Shown piece after piece: positions 36,960 through 50,472 of a stretch of 53,365 bases of DNA (position 1 is its first letter; every line of letters starts with the position of its first letter). The translations under genes and the position numbers were made by a program. The notes under the pieces were generated by a model. The model saw only the letters and a list, made by a program, of their open reading frames with translations, was not told the DNA's origin and did not search any database. Source of the stretch: Octopus sinensis (taxonomy: Eukaryota); the NCBI RefSeq assembly GCF_006345805.1, contig NW_021833856.1, forward strand, positions 1-53,365, read 5' to 3'.

Positions 36960-39250
36960 ATTATTTTCTCTTTATCACAGGTTTTGTTAGTGCTCCTGGA
37001 GTCTTGCATGCGTAGCGAGCTTGCTACCTGCAACCTACGGTACTATGCTATTCGTTCTTTTCAGCTATCTAATACTTTCCTGATTATTCTGGACGTACCA
37101 AGGAGGCAAACATTTTGTATCATTTGTACTGAGTATTCTATTCCAATCTATTTGGATTGGGAAATCTAAATAGGTCAGTTCGTGGCCACCGCTTGGTCCT
37201 GCACTACCAGTATAGTGCTCTTGGTTTCTTTTTTTAGGGTTCCTTTCATCAGCCAATACCACCTACCTTTTCCAACAACTTCTGTTGTGACTACATAGAA
37301 TTGATTGTATAGTCCCTCCTTTTGTAATTCTTTTTCATGTTCCTTTTGTACTTTTTCCTTTGTTCTCCCATTTTTTCTCTGCTTCCAATATTCCTTTTTC
37401 CTAACTGTCACTACCAAGGTTTCCTTACTTTGGGGTAGGTATCTCATTATACTCTCGAGTTCGATACGCATGCAGTCATCCACACTTATCAATCCCCTTC
37501 CTCCATTTCTCTCTTCCTGTATAGGCAATCAGTGTCTGCACGTGGGTGATGGACTCCATGCATTGTTAGGAGCTTTCTTGACTTCCTGTCCATCTCCTTT
37601 AGCTCCTGTTCCATCCACTTCAAGATTCTAGCGCCATAACGAACTACTGCGATTGGGCGCGAGTTTATAGCTGAAATTATGTTTCTGGCATTCAGCTTTG
37701 AAGCCAATATTTTTTTCACTCGCCGAAGGTACTCTCTTTTTGTCTTTTCCTTCATGTCGTTGTGTTTGATTCCATCTGTCTCAAGAATTCCCAGGTATTT
37801 ATAGCTGGATTGAAGTTGAATTGCCTTTATCAATTCACTACTTGGTAATAATGTTACTTCTGTCCTGGCAAGTTTTCCTCGTCTAATCACCATCGTAGCA
37901 CATTTTGAGAGTCCAAACTCCATTTTAACATCATTGGTGAAAATCCACACAGACTGGACTAGGTTCAGTTTTTGCCTCAGTTCTGCCTCAAATTTTGTGA
38001 ATAGCTTCAGGTCGTCCATGAATAGCAAGTCGTTTAGTTTTCCCTTACCTCTTCCCAGACCATACCCCAACTTTGTTTTCTGTAGCATTTCACTCAAGGA
38101 GATCATTCCCAGCACGAATATCAGTGGGGACACACTGTCTCCTTAGAAGATTCCTCTCTTGATTTTCGCCTCTCCTAATATTTGCTTCCCTGCTGTCAAT
38201 TCCATTCTCCAGCACTTCATGCTATTCCATATAAGGCTTCTCATATTCTCTGCTATTCCGCACATTTCCATTGTTATTATTATCCAGGAGTGTGATATCA
38301 TAACTTATGTTTTGCAATAGTCAACCCATGCCATGCTCAGGTTTTTATATCTTCTTTTGCAGTTCCTGATAATTAAATCATCAATTAACAGCTGATCCTT
38401 CGTTCCCTAGCTCCATTTTCGGCATCCTTTCTGTTTAATGAGTAGCAGCTCACATTTTCCCAAGTATCTGTACAGTTCGCCGGCCATAGTACCTGCCATT
38501 AGTTTCCAATGTAGCGAAAGCCATGTTATTAGTTTTAAGCTGGGCGCAACATTTCCCTTTTCAGGATCCTTGACATAATAATGTCTTTCTCTTTGTCATC
38601 CAGCTGGGCACTGCGCCTTCCTGCAAGCACTCATCTAGCTGTTGTGCTATCTTTTCATGGAACCCTCTCAGCTTCTTCATCCAATACCCATCGAGCCCAT
38701 CCAGTCCTGGGCTCTTAAAATTTGGGAATCTTCATAACTGCTTTTTAAAATCATTTCTGTACATATCTTGATGTCTTCTTGGACTTATATATTTCTTAAC
38801 CTATCTTGGATTTAATGCAGCCACCCCGCTTAATCATTATGCTCTACAGGTTAGTCCCAGGTCCCTCCCCAGAATGCCTTGCTTTCCTCTGCATCTGGTA
38901 TCATTGTTACGTGTATTTGCCCATCTAGTTCGTGAAACAGCTTCTTCTGATTTGCTTCAAATAATCTGTTTCGCCTGAACTTTCATTTTCTATTGTCATT
39001 TCTTTCCAGTTTTGCTTTGATTGCTCCTACGCTTTGTTTCAATTCTTCCAATATCACATCATAACCTTTCTGTCTTATATATGTTCTTTCCAGCATTATT
39101 CTTATGCATTCGTTCTGCATTTCCCCTCTTCTCAATCTATCAATTTGTCCTAAATGTCAGTTCCTCACAAATTCGTCTACGCCAGTATGGTTCTTTATCT
39201 TCTGCTTGTTCTTTTCTTGGCCAGCGCTGGCAGTATAGTGCTCTCGGTCT
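36960..39250 (-). mobile_element. R4/Dong-clade LINE, 5'-truncated and decayed, reverse transcriptase region
   Basis: [78 protein letters not shown], then a jump to CLLGTSRIIRKVLDS* (stop 37061-37063), so knuckle and endonuclease core are deleted. Confidence 0.92.
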
Positions 39251-39765
39251 CAATTATTATAATTATATTTATTAGTATTATTTGCATTTTACTTAGGGAT
39301 CTAGTTTTTTTCATCCGCAAAATATGCATTTTTTAAAAGACAGTAAAAAATTTGAAAATCGGCTATAATAATATAGTTTTCCAGTCTAATTGCTATGAAG
39401 GTATGATGCTGTGGAGAAAAAGGTTACAGAGGTTTTAAGATCGAAAAAAACTATGTATTTTTAGCCAATAGCGAGACAGAAATTTTCCACGTTTAGCGGA
39501 GCGGTGTCGACTTTAAGGTTTTACCCTGTGGAATTTATAGTTTAACGTCTGTGAAATGACCTGTTCATCGTAGGTTTCTAAATAAGCAGAAAACCTAATA
39601 AAATCAACATTTATCATCTTACTGTTTCTTTTGTCTCTTCATTGATTGTGTGTTTTTTCTTTAATTCGTTATATTAATATATTTGTCTGCATGCGTTTAC
39701 TTTATGCGTATTTCAGTATTATGCATACATGTCATGTATTTGTGTACATCATTAATATATAAGTG

Positions 39766-39825
<60 letters not shown>

Positions 39826-40328
39826 TGTCTGTCTCCAAAACTTAAATAAAGTTGAATAACGTTTTCATGTTTGGATTTGTAAACTACGATAAGAATAACA
39901 CTGGTCAACAAAGAATTTGTATCTTATATGTTTTTGCAAACAGACTTCAAAAATAATGTCAAATTATCTGTACTAAGCTCACATATTCCATTCACCTTCA
40001 TAATGCCAAGAAACTGTATAAACATCGCAAACAACATCTGCTATATATGAAAAATATGTAAAATATTAAGACAGTTGACGAAAAATTTCTAATATAAAAT
40101 TCTAATTGATAAATATAAATGTCTTTTAAAACAAAACACGCGAGTGAAGTAAATCTGACGGTGTGAAGAATCAGCACAACATGCAGGTGAAACACAACAC
40201 AATGTGTGGTTCTCAAGGTAACAAGCTGTTAATGCCTCGCTGTTTGTTGATTGGCTAAAATTACCCAAATTTCTCAGCTTTAATTCGAATAACATCAGGT
40301 TCTTTAACTTACGAGATAAATTAATTGG

Positions 40329-40745
40329 GGATCTTTTCGGTTCGAACGGCAGGTTTTTAAAATAATTTCCACGCAACTAAACACTTTTAAACTTCGTATA
40401 CTGGTAGAATGTGTTTATAAAACATCTTTTTCTCTTGGCTTTATTGAGAAAATTCTGTAGTTTGTAAGATATTTGGTTTTTTTTCTTCAATTTCTGCAAT
40501 TTCAACCAATCAATGACGTCTATTGAGATAAAAAACATTCTGTGCCGTATCAGTATGTCCCTCGTTTAAGAAACAGATTGGGTTTATTTACATTTGTGAA
40601 GAAAAAAAGATACCCTGCCCCCCAGCCCTAACCCTAACTCCCAAAACAGATTGAAATGCAATAGATCGATACTAGGGTCATAATTATGGATGACAATTTC
40701 ATATGACACCGCTAGAAAAAACTGCCGTTCAAACCGAAAAGATCC
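40329..40745. mobile_element. MITE M1, complete
   Basis: Both TIRs present; TSD TTAATTGG/GTAATTGG (7 of 8). Confidence 0.9.
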
Positions 40746-41020
40746 GTAATTGGTTGATCGTAATCAAAATTCAGAGTTGCATCTGAGCAAAATTAAAAGG
40801 GACTGATTTTTCGAATGAAAAAAATGAGATCCTTACATAGTTCAACCTACACAAGTTAATGTGTGAAAAACAAAATAGGAATGTTGAAAGAAATTACTAT
40901 AAAACCAGTTTTTAAACATCGAATGGCTACGGGGATCCACACAAGATAAAATAGAAATCAACGAAATGCATAAATAAAAATGATTGAGAATCCCTGATAT
41001 AAGGTGTCAACTAGACAGGG

Positions 41021-41469
41021 GGATCTTTTTGGTTTGAACGGCAGCTTTTTCTAGCGGTATCATATGAAATTGTCACCCATAATTATGACCCTAGTATCGA
41101 TCTATTTCATTTCAATATGTTTTAGGGTTAGGGTTAGTTAGAGTTAGGTTTGGGGTTAGGGTTGGGGTTAGGGGTGGGGGGAAGGGTATCTTTTTTCTTC
41201 ACAAATGTAAATAAACCCAATCTGTTTCTTAAACGAGGGACATATTCATATGGCACAGAAAGTTTTTACCTCAATGGACGTCATTGATTGGTTGAAATTG
41301 CAGAAATTGAAGAAAAAACAACAACAAATATCTTACAAACTATAGAATTTTCTCAATAAAGACAAGAGTAAAAGATGTTTTATAAACACATTATACCAGT
41401 ATACGAAGTTTAACATTTTTTTAGTTACCTAGAAATTGTTAAAAACTGCCGTTCAAACCGAAAAGATCC
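41021..41469. mobile_element. MITE M1, inverted orientation, expanded telomere-like array
   Basis: Both TIRs present; TTAGGG-like array at 41121-41180; no matching TSD. Confidence 0.85.
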
Positions 41470-42199
41470 TAATAATGTTCCACAATTAATATTACAGAAT
41501 AATTCATCACCTCTTTATTGAGAAGGTAAAACAGTATTCGTTTCCTAGTAGTTTTTCTATATTTGCTGAGCTTTTTGCACACAAATTTTCGATGTGTACC
41601 ACATCCATATTGTCCAGCTTTAAAAAACTATATTACTACCAACAGACATACACAAACACGCTCTCTCTCTCTTTCTCTCTCTTTCTCCTATCCTTCTGTC
41701 TCCTCTTTCTCACTCACACACTCTCTCTCTCTTTTTCTGTCCCTCTCTTTCCTCCTCTCCTCTTTTCTCACTCTTTTGTTTGCGCGCGCGTGTTGGAACC
41801 CGTAAAGAGACAACAAAAAGAGAAAAAAGAAGCTACACACCTTTAAGTTGTTCTTTCTACTGATAAATATTCATGCATACCTGCCGATTGATACACACTC
41901 CAATCTATAAACAGGTGTATCTGTGTATTATAGACACATATATGTGACAATAGGCCCTCACACATACACACCCATATATACGCACTTGTATATATAAAGC
42001 CACATGCACGACCATTCACACACCTATAGACAATGCCACGCACCTATAAATATATATTGACATGCGTGCCATACCCTCCAGACTATTGTCGTCCTCCTTA
42101 CCACTAGTAACCATCCAGCCACGTGCGTGCCCTTTCCCGAGTTATCTGTTTACACACCACACGCACATCACCGTCGCTATATACGGCCACACACATACA

Positions 42200-42680
42200 C
42201 ACACCACCATCAACACCATCACCAACACACCGCTGCCGTCATCACCACCACCATCACCACCACTACCATCACCAACACCACCACCACCACCACCGTCACC
42301 AACCACATTCTTTCCTTTATACAAACATCAGTTTCCACCAATTCTGGATTTTAACTTCATCACCATCACCATCACCAGCCCCAACACCACCAGCCTCGCA
42401 AACAACCCCACCACGACTACCACCACAGCAAAAAACAACCAACACCACTACGAGCGGTAGCAGCAATAACAACATTACCACCAAGGCCACCACCTGGACA
42501 ACCATCACCACCACCACCACCACCACCACCACCGCCGCTGCCGCCGCCACCACCATCACCGCCGCCGCCGCCACCAGAACCACCACCACCACCATCACCA
42601 CCACCGCCGCTGCCGCCGCCGCCACCACAAGAACCACCACCACCATCTACACCAACAAGAGCAACAACAATATCATCACC
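42200..42680 (+). repeat. Compound ACC/GCC/ATC trinucleotide repeat region
   Basis: Direct reading; produces poly-H/T/P/A ORFs. Confidence 0.9.
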
Positions 42681-43234
42681 GCCGTCATCCCAGTCCCATC
42701 CATGATTTTAGTTATTGTTTGTCTTTGTTTCACTTCTTTATTTACTTTGAGTTGTTCCTTCAGAAGTAAGACAATCCACATGTGGAAACGCCCACCCCCA
42801 CCGAACAACAGTAAATAGTTGAAGTATGGTAACAACTTCAGATTGTCGATATCTTGGAATAGAAACCCCCTTCAAAAGAATCCAACGAGGGCGCTTCTTT
42901 GCAGTCGTTTGACTTGTTAGAAACAGCAGCTATACCTCCCTAGATTCACTAGGGATCCGGACAAACCCCCACCTAGAAACAGAACCCTCTCTGGACTATA
43001 TGAATGCGAGGAAGACTATGGAAGAATTTCTAGTGGCGTAGAGCACAGCATCACGTTACAATAGAATGAACTCTAAATGAACCTCAACACTTAATGAGGT
43101 TTTTTTTAATTATGTGTTTGCTTTAATTATTTTCAAAGATACGGTATGATATTCTTTTTTTTATTATGCTCATTTTTCTGATTGAGGTTATTACATAATT
43201 AATATAATATTTTACATCTCACGAATTACAAATA

Positions 43235-43842
43235 ATCTTTTCTACTATAGACACAAGACCTGAAATTTTGTTGAGTAGGGGACTGACGATTACATCGACC
43301 TCAGTGTTTCGCTGACACTTAATCTATCGCACTCGAAGGGATGAAAGGTAAAGTTGACCTCGGCAGAATTTGAACTCAGATCATCAATTCGGACGAAGTG
43401 CTAATGATTCTGCCTTAACAGAAACTACAAATAAACTTTTCTGCTCTAGGTACAAGGCCCGAAATTTTGGGAGAGGGCGCAGTCGATTAGATCGACCTCA
43501 GTACGCAACTGGTACTTAATTTAACGACCCCGAAAGGATAGAAGGCAAAGTCGACCTCGACCGAATTTGAACTCAGAACATAACGGCAGACGAAACTCCG
43601 CTAAGCATTTCGCCCGGCGTGCTAACATTTCTTATTTCTTTATTGCCCACAAGGGGCTAAACGCAGGGGGGACAAACAAGGGGATTAAATCGATTAGATC
43701 GACCCCAGTGCGTAACTGGTACTTAATTTATCGACCCCGAAAGGATGAAAGGCAAAAATCTACCTCGGCGGAATTTGAACTCAGAACGTAACGCTAAGCA
43801 TTTCGCCCGGCGTGCTAACGGTTCTGCCAGCTCGCCGCCTTA
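43235..43842 (-). mobile_element. Stack of three SINE-A copies
   Basis: Family-A bodies at ~43235-43400, 43440-43630, 43630-43842. Other copies at 772-860 (+), 3655-3815 (-), 48345-48570 (-). Confidence 0.88.
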
Positions 43843-44204
43843 GCAGCTACAAATAATAAAAATAAAAAATGCTGATTTAAAATTGAATGTTTTTTTCCTC
43901 GGGGTTTTTTTCCTAGGGGGCGGGGTTTCTAGGGGCTTTTTGTCCTCGTTGTGAGACGAAGAGTTATCCTACACACCGATATGCTCACTACTATCTTTAA
44001 ACAGAAAGAACAACTTAGATAATGATGTATCAGAGACATTTGAAAAGTCCGAGCTGTCGTTATAGGAAACCTTTGATCATAGATGACCTGACTGATACAT
44101 GTGATAATGTAGCCCCAGGTACACTACGCTTGAAAATAAGATGAAAAGGACACGGATGGGACTCGTGCGCAATAAGTGTCAACCAGGGGTTAAACTACAA
44201 CCAC

Positions 44205-44528
44205 AACAATCCTAACTACTACTACTGCCTCTGCCACCACTACCACCACCACCATCACCACCACCACTACCACCAGCACCACCACCATCACTACTACTAC
44301 TACTGCCACCACCACCACCACCACCACCACCACCACCACCACCACCACCACCACTACTACTACTACTACTGCCACCACCACCACCACCACCACCACTACT
44401 ACTACTACTACTGCCACCACCATCATCACCACCACCACCACCACCACCACCACCACCACCACCACTACTACTACTACACTACTACTACTACTACTACTAC
44501 TGCTACTGCTGCTGCTGCTGCTGCTACT
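44205..44528 (+). repeat. Compound ACC/ACT/GCT trinucleotide repeat
   Basis: Direct reading. Confidence 0.95.
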
Positions 44529-44905
44529 AGAGTTGGAATATGTGACATGTGCTTCTTGACAACAGGTTACGGTTTAGGGAACGTCAGCCACTGCGTCAAG
44601 GACCAGCCGGAACAAGCCCTTGTCATCAGCTCACATCAGAAACATCACGTACACGTATTTGAAGTCATACCTATGTCAACAGAAACTGATACCCCAATCG
44701 CACGGTGAGCTGGGCCCCTTATTGCAGGTTGCGGTGGCGTGAAGGTGGTGGATGCTGGTTTGCAAGTAGACGGAGGATATTACGATCGCCAAGTATCTCC
44801 ATCATAGATATACGCCCGGTAACGAGGAATCTTATAACTACACCCACAGTGATCCAAACATACGTTCATATATGTGTATTTGTGTGTGTGTGTGTGGTGT
44901 GTGTG

Positions 44906-44946
<41 letters not shown>

Positions 44947-44950
44947 AAGG

Positions 44951-44981
<31 letters not shown>

Positions 44982-45320
44982 TACATAGCTTAGTGGTTAA
45001 GGTGATGCATTCACAATCGTCAGATCACAGTTTTAATTCCTGGCCCGGGTACCGTGTTGTGTTTTAGAACAAAACACTTCCTCACACGTTCCTCTGCAAT
45101 CGCTTCGAGACACCCTGACGATTTGAAGCAGGGAGTGAAGTAATGAACAGCGCACACAATTGATCACTATAAGCAAAGAATTTGCGCAGGTTACTTAGCA
45201 AGAAATTGAGCAACCGCCTTTCTCGGACTACGAGAGATTGCCATCACACAGGCGCACGCACACACACACACACACACACCACACACACACACACACACAT
45301 ACACACACACAGAGCATATG

Positions 45321-45544
45321 CGAGAGGTGTTGAAAAGTTTTGGGCTTTGAGTAAAAAAAAATGCAGGAGGTTTAGAGGATCAGTTAATTATGATTTTACC
45401 CAACATATTCCCTTCTCAGATTCATACACTTACCGCAGAGGTCCTTCAGATTTTCTACGCCCCGTAAAAGAACCTGGAAGGTTGGACCTCCAGCCAGGCT
45501 TTTCGGGCCACGCTTAAAACTAAGAACTTTTCAGTAACACTTCG
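45321..45544 (-). mobile_element. Mariner-derived MITE
   Basis: Imperfect TIRs CGAGAGGTGTTGAAAAGTT / AACTTTTCAGTAACACTTCG then TA; the minus strand encodes a mariner C-terminal remnant LKDLCGKCMNLRREYVG*. Confidence 0.7.
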
Positions 45545-45617
45545 TATATTCCCAACCATATACTCACACATACCGATACACCTGTCTATAAACGCGCATA
45601 GATTTCATGTGTGTGTG

Positions 45618-45667
<50 letters not shown>

Positions 45668-46334
45668 TGTGTGTATGTGTGTGTGTGCACGCGAGTCTAT
45701 ATGCGTGTATGTGTACAACACGCGTAAATACAAACGCAAACACATTTATCTCTTCTCTCATCCGGTTGGTACTTGTCGGGGTTATTAGGAGCCTAACCTC
45801 GGAAGTGTGCGATGAACATGACATCCAGTACACAACCCACTCCCACAAGTATGTGAATGTCTGTACACACGCACACACACACACACACACGCACACACAC
45901 ACACACACACACACGTATCCATATACACATATGTATGTAAGTATATATACATATATATTTGTATGTGTGTCTTTCATCAATTTCTTATCTATTTCAGTCA
46001 TAGGACTGCGGCTATGCTGGGGCACCGCCTCGAACAAATCGCCCTAGTGCTTGGTGGGTGGAACATAACGAGTGATATTTACTGTTGTTCTGAATTTGCG
46101 AAAAAATGGATTTTTTTTTTTTTACCAATGTTCAATGCCTTACAAAAGCGATATCAGTTAAGCAAATGATCTTTTCAAAGGGCATTAAAAAAAAAATGAA
46201 AATATTTTCAAAAAACTATTTCGAATATACAAGAGAGAAATTCAGGTAGGATAAAATGAATACGATAAAATAAAGTAAATTTCCGTCTTCAATTCTTCAG
46301 AATCTCCATTGGACAAAGAGGCTCACTCACATCA

Positions 46335-46681
46335 ATATCTTCTGCGTCGCACCTTGAGCAAGTATCTTCTGCTATGATCTCGGGCCGACCAAAGCCTTGT
46401 GAGTGGGTTTGGTAGATGGAAACTGAAAGAAGCCCGTCTTACATATACGTGTGCGTGCGCGCGCGTGTGTGAGTGGTGTTTTTGTATCTGTGTTTGTCCC
46501 CCAACAATGCTTGACAACGGGTGCTGGTTTGCTCATGATCCTGTAACATAGCGGCTCGGCAAAACAGACCGATAGAATAAGTACCAGGATTTACGAAAAA
46601 TTAAGTCCTGTAGTCGATAAGTTCGACTAAAATTCTTCAAGGCCGTGACCCTGCGTTGCCGGAGTCAAACGACTGAAACAA
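46335..46681 (+). mobile_element. SINE family B, diverged
   Basis: cttgagcaagtatcttctgctatg...gatagaataagtacc...actgaaacaag. Confidence 0.8.
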
Positions 46682-46828
46682 GTGAGAACCCTGTGCCTGG
46701 TGCATACGGCACAGATCCTTAAGTTGAGGAGACCATTTCGTCAACTTCAGCCGTAAGTCGCTACGTTTTGTAATTTCAAGTTGGTTTCTCTTTGCTTCCA
46801 GCAAATTGTCAGCTGCACTGAATTTCAC
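46682..46828 (-). mobile_element. hAT (Buster/Charlie-type) transposase C-terminal remnant
   Basis: KRNQLEITKRSDLRLKLTKWSPQLKDLCRMHQAQGSH resembles the conserved terminal R..L......DLRL.LT......L...HQ...SH motif. Confidence 0.6.
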
Positions 46829-47523
46829 ATTCGACCAAATAAGACGAAGGAAAATGAATCAATAGTTCTCTTGGACAATGGACAGAGAAACAGAGAAACA
46901 AACACCTGACAAATGCAGATACCTCACTCGGTACACTGATTGATCGTAGCTACATCGGTTCCCATGATTTAAGTATAGATATTGCGTGGCGATGTTTCTT
47001 TTTTCATTTCAATGTCCAGAGATAGGCTTAGGGCCGACAAGTGTGCGCTGATGTCACCAGCCCATAATAATCACAGACAATAAATCAACACAAACCAAGA
47101 ATTTATATTCTATGGTATTCAACATACCTAAATCTCACACGCATACGCCCCACCCCATCTCCCATCCCACACACACATACATCATTATATGACATCTTTT
47201 ACATATTTTAATCACTGGATTGCGGTCTGACTGTCTTGAAGGTTTTGGTTGAATGAATCGATCCCAGTGCGTAATTTTTTTTTTTATGTCTGGAACTTAT
47301 TTTATCAATTCTACTCGATGAACCGCTAGGTAATAGGCGCCTAAACAACCAACATTGGTATCCAAGTGGTAGTGGAGTGTGGGTAAGTACAAAGATACAT
47401 GCATACACACGCACATGCACAATACAGACATACGCGCACACAAACATAGGTGGTGCTATTAAGTTAGACATGGCCTGGGCCAACACTGGCCAAAACCTTT
47501 CTAAGTTATATATATATATATAA

Positions 47524-47591
47524 CTTTTTGAGCAGCTCTTCTACATCTTGTATATATATATATACAAGATGTAGAAGAGCTGCTCAAAAAG
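47524..47591. repeat. Perfect 68-bp palindrome centred on (TA)7
   Basis: CTTTTTGAGCAGCTCTTCTACATCTTG-(TA)7-CAAGATGTAGAAGAGCTGCTCAAAAAG. Confidence 0.97.
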
Positions 47592-48226
47592 CATGCCTCA
47601 CCTGTTGTCTGTCTATGATCAGACTATTTGAAATAAATATTTAGAGCGCCATCCTCGTTTCCCCTCAAGTTGAACCAAAAACAATGAACTGTAACGACAA
47701 ACGGCTTACTAAATGCTAAGCGATGTACCGCCTGGAGGCAGCGGAGCTGCTAGTCTAGGCTGTTTCGTTTGAAGTTTGCCACCGCAGTCTCAACGCCTCA
47801 AAGACAACCGCCATCTATGGAATCTTACGAGGGATACGAATCAGCGCGCACACACACACACGCATGCGAGCACTTGGGTTCTCTCTCTCCGTTTCTCCCT
47901 CACACTCACGTAGACATGTAGACGACTGTGATGTTTGTCTTTTCTCGAAATACAAATGACATCTTGTAAAACGCTTCTGTTTGAGAATCGAACTTGAGTG
48001 GTGGATCACAGACTCCTGACAATCTACTCACGCACCATACATTCTCTATCAAATAAGGTCCCCTTACACGAGATCGTTCGACAGCCAAATTATCTTGACG
48101 GTAGTGTGGATCCCTTTGCACATCCCTAACCTGGATCACAAGCTTCACTGAGAATGATCTGGAGCTGATCCACAACAAATACTTCACACTTCACTAAGCA
48201 CCTCATTCTTTCATCTAGCTAGCTTA

Positions 48227-48228
48227 CA

Positions 48229-48324
<96 letters not shown>

Positions 48325-48326
48325 CG
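48227..48326 (+). repeat. (CACG)25 microsatellite
   Basis: Direct reading. Confidence 0.97.
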
Positions 48327-48566
48327 AACACACACACACACGACACAAATTCAGTCGAGGTTGACTTTGCCTTTCGTTCTTCCGGGGGTCGATTAACAAG
48401 TACCTATTTCTTTAACCCTAAAGAGGCTAAACACAGAGGTGACAAACAAGGACAGACAAACGGATTAAGTCGATTACATCGGCCCCAGTGCGACCCCGAA
48501 AGGATGAAAGGCAAAGCCGACCTCAGCGGAATTTGAACTCAGAACGTAACGGTAGACAAAATACCC

Positions 48567-49515
48567 ATTATTTGGTGCCCATATGGCAAGCGCTAGCGTA
48601 ACGAATACAGTCGAAACGTTTGGTGTATCAAGCGGTACTGACTCGAAGTAATAACAGCCTTTAAGAAAGAGGGAAAAAATCTCCTCGTCGAAACAAAACT
48701 CCGGAAGAAAACCAAAACTTTTAGACAGGGACCGTCAGATTCTTACGCGAATTGTTAGAAAGGATCACAAAAGCACAGCTCCCAAAATTACTGCAGAGCT
48801 TAATGACCACCTCAAGAACCCAGTTTCCACAAAAACTGTTCGTCGGGAACTGCACAAAGCCAGATTTCATAGGAGGGCTGCAATCAGAAAACTCCTACTT
48901 TCAAAAACAATCGTTGCAAAGCGTTTAGAGTGGAGTAAAAACCTACGGAATTGGTCCCTAGAACAGTGGAAAATGTTATTTTCGCGGACGAGTTATCCTT
49001 TACCTTATTTCTGACCACCGGCTGAGTATACGTGTGGAGACAGCCAAAAGAAGTATTTGACGCAGATTGCCCTTTTCCAACCTGTTAAACATGGAGGTGA
49101 ATCTGTGATGATCTGAGGGGCGATATCTTGGAAATCCGCAGGCCCAGTGGTTTCCCTTCATGGCAGAATTAATAGTAAAGACTATTTAAGCATTTTATCT
49201 AATCAAATTCATTCTATGTTTGCGGAACTGTTTCCGGGGGGAAACGCAATCTTTCAGGATGATAATGCACCAATTTACACAGCTAAAGTTGTTACTGAAA
49301 TGGCACGAGGAACATTCTAGTGAAGTTGAATATCTTGTCTGACCACCACAGTCCTCAGATCTCAATGTTATTAAACATTTATGGGGCATTTTAGAAAAAA
49401 TTAAGGAGTCGATACTCTCTATCATCTTCACTACAAGACCTGGACACGGTTTTAAGTGAAGAATTCGAGCTGTAATTACTGCCAAAGGCGGTCCTACCCC
49501 TTATTAAAATAAATT
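48567..49515 (+). mobile_element. Decayed Tc1-like transposase with DD36E spacing (Incomer-like)
   Basis: GRKPKL...RRELH...VIFADE...KHGG.SVMI...FQDDNAPIYTA...PPQSSDLNVIK HLW...RIRAVITAKGGPTPY; several stops and frameshifts; 5' end replaced by a SINE-A. Confidence 0.9.
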
Positions 49516-49769
49516 TGTGTGTGTGTGTGTGCATCATCAGCACTCTCTGTCTCTTTATCAACTCCAGTATTATAAACCACACTTACTCACTCTCATTGCC
49601 TGTTAATCGTCTGTTTAATGGTGCTTTACATCTTTCATGAAATATTTCAGTGAGATGAAGCGATGGGAATCTTATTGAAGGAGGTGATAAGAGTGCGAAG
49701 CGAGGAGAATGTGTGTAGGAACTGAGAGACAGAGTGTGAATGGAGAGAGAGATTATGCTTCTCATCCAT

Positions 49770-49800
<31 letters not shown>

Positions 49801-49855
49801 TCTTCTCTATCCAGCTCATCTTTTTTTCTCTTTCTAGTCGTTCTTGTGCATACAT

Positions 49856-50052
49856 AGACGTAGGAGTGGCTGTGTGGTAATTAGCTTGCTTACCAACCAC
49901 ATGGTTCCAGGTTCAGTCCCACTGCGTGGCACCTTGGGCAAGTGTTATCTACTATAGCCTCGAGCCGACCAAAGCCTTGTGAGTGGATTTGGTAGGCGGA
50001 AACTGAAAGAAGCCCGTCGTATATATGTATATTTATATATATATATATGTGT

Positions 50053-50132
<80 letters not shown>

Positions 50133-50340
50133 TGTGTCTGTGTTTGTCCCCTTAGCATTGCTTGACAACCGATGCTGGTGTGTTTATGTCCCCGTCACTT
50201 AGCGGTTCAGCCAAAGAGACCGATAGAATAAGTACTGGGCTTACAAAGAATAAGTCCTGGGGTCGATTTGCTCTACTAAAGGCGGTGCTCCAGCATGGCC
50301 ACAGTCATATGAATGAAACAAGTAAAAGAGTAAAAGAGTA
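49856..50340 (+). mobile_element. SINE family B, full length with expanded internal (TG)n
   Basis: Same motifs. Further partial copies at ~3985-4080, 5620-5760, 12820-13090, 22560-22680, 23725-23920, 25420-25630, 27385-27492, 36142-36260. Confidence 0.92.
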
Positions 50341-50472
50341 ATACATGCATGCGTACATATGCGCACGCCACACGCACATATGTATTCGCATACATTCATG
50401 CATATATATATGTGTGAGTGTATATGTTTGTATTTATGTACATATTTATGTGTATGTTATATATACATACCT

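Noticed and set aside
41121-41180. True telomere or chromosome fusion site
   Set aside because: The arrays are short, degenerate and always internal to MITEs.
42062-42818. Long ORFs (231 aa poly-His/Thr with a hydrophobic end; 132 aa Pro-rich)
   Set aside because: Open only because ACC/GCC triplet repeats lack stops; no domain or splice support.
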